DNA of 64,000 nucleotides from Enterobacteria phage KhF3: sequence record KT184315.1; one strand, 5' to 3'. Shown piece by piece: positions 63,079 to 64,000 of this stretch (position 1 is its first letter; each line of letters starts with the position of its first letter). The notes under the pieces were generated by a model. It saw only the letters and a program-made list of their open reading frames with translations, ran no database searches and was not told where the DNA came from. The position numbers and the translations under genes were made by a program.

Positions 63079-63345
63079 TTATTTAACCTTCTTGTTACGT
63101 TTACGGTTACGAGCTTTCTTAGCTGCTCGTTTAATAGCTGCTGCACCAGATTGGCGGTGGGCTTGTTTCTTACCACCTTTACCACGTCCTACGTAGATGT
63201 AAGGCTGCTGTTCAATTTGGCTTGCAAGAACCTGTGCAACCGCTGAAGCATCTACACCGACCTGCTTTCCAGTCATAGAAACAATTGCTGCTGCTTTTTC
63301 CAGTGCCTTCAAGAATCCAGCTTTCATATTACCTAAAATTCCCAT
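63079..63345 (-). CDS. Hypothetical protein with basic C-terminal tail
   Basis: 88 aa; KRAAKKARNRKRNKKVK. Confidence 0.4.
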   Translation of the reverse strand: MGILGNMKAGFLKALEKAAAIVSMTGKQVGVDASAVAQVLASQIEQQPYIYVGRGKGGKKQAHRQSGAAAIKRAAKKARNRKRNKKVK

Positions 63346-63441
63346 TTTTAGTCTCTCTCATTAAAGTTTAATACAGAACTTATGAAGTTCTTCTTCAGTG
63401 ATACCAATTGGAGTTATACCTTAGTCCATTTGCCAGAATAA

Positions 63442-63927
63442 TCACTCTGCTCTCCACTGACAATCGCCTTGCCACCCATACTCTTTTCTCCAGAGGTTTT
63501 GGTTATCAGAACCACGATATGGTTTAACTGTTGGTTTAGATGAATCATACTTACCATCAATCACCACGTCAACATATTTCATCACATCTAGGTGAATTTT
63601 TTCGTGTAACTGAAAACCTGTCCATAGCCAGATAGATTTTTCTGGGTAAACGGTTTTAATACGTTTGCATATGTTGGTAACCTCTTGAATATTTCTATCA
63701 TCCAGAGGTTCTCCACCAAGTATTGACAACCCACTGACGGCATTATCATCCATTAATTTAATGATGCCATAGAGGTTTGCATAAGTAAACTCTTTACCAG
63801 CATTAAACTTCCAAGACTCCCTGTTAAAGCAGCCTTCACAGTGATGCTTACAACCAGCTACGAAGAGGCTTACACGAACCCCTTCACCATTAGCTGTGTC
63901 AAATGGTCGAATCTCCATGTAATTCAT
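63442..63927 (-). CDS. nrdG: Anaerobic ribonucleotide reductase activating protein (radical SAM)
   Basis: CKHHCEGC (CxxxCxxC) cluster near N-terminus; 161 aa. Confidence 0.75.
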   Translation of the reverse strand: MNYMEIRPFDTANGEGVRVSLFVAGCKHHCEGCFNRESWKFNAGKEFTYANLYGIIKLMDDNAVSGLSILGGEPLDDRNIQEVTNICKRIKTVYPEKSIWLWTGFQLHEKIHLDVMKYVDVVIDGKYDSSKPTVKPYRGSDNQNLWRKEYGWQGDCQWRAE

Positions 63928-63941
63928 CTAGTTACCTCACC

Positions 63942-64000
63942 AATACATATAAGTGTTCTTAGCAGCTTTCTTCGGAGACTTACTGTCAATGTCAAAGTCT
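63942..64000 (-). CDS. Partial ORF at window edge (3' end only); possibly anaerobic ribonucleotide reductase large subunit by position
   Basis: Open frame on minus strand ending TGA at about 63942; identity inferred only from usual nrdD-nrdG adjacency. Confidence 0.2.

Overview
This window looks like part of a large lytic tailed phage (contractile-tail myovirus) of a Gram-negative, probably enterobacterial, host. Gene content resembles Felix O1-like phages; that is an inference from content only, no database search was run. Layout: (1) 1-425 non-coding repeats with ambiguous bases; (2) 426-3909 plus-strand small genes ending in dihydrofolate reductase and thymidylate synthase; (3) 3946-27716 minus-strand late module (two tail fibers, baseplate, tape measure, tube, sheath, neck, major capsid, protease/scaffold, portal, large terminase); (4) 27940-33190 minus-strand array of about 27 tRNAs covering all 20 amino acids, interspersed with structured non-tRNA spacers; (5) 33352-35220 vWA-domain protein; (6) 35469-43078 plus-strand genes including an Ig-repeat protein and a T4-type lysozyme; (7) 43116-44700 an ORF-free block packed with phased TTAACA-type iterons; (8) 44757-50408 about 15 small minus-strand genes, each behind its own promoter-like module; (9) 50929-63927 minus-strand macro-domain protein, spanin-like pair, lytic transglycosylase, rIIA/rIIB, NAMPT-like plus Prs-like pair, NrdG. 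Most interesting: the iteron block, a tRNA-like element whose parts occur in circularly permuted order, the repeated hairpin spacers in the tRNA array, the early-gene promoter cassette, and the NAD-related gene pair. All coordinates are hand-derived; CDS starts mostly follow the supplied ORF track, and tRNA ends are +/- 3 nt. tRNA anticodons come from manual folding and need tRNAscan-SE confirmation.
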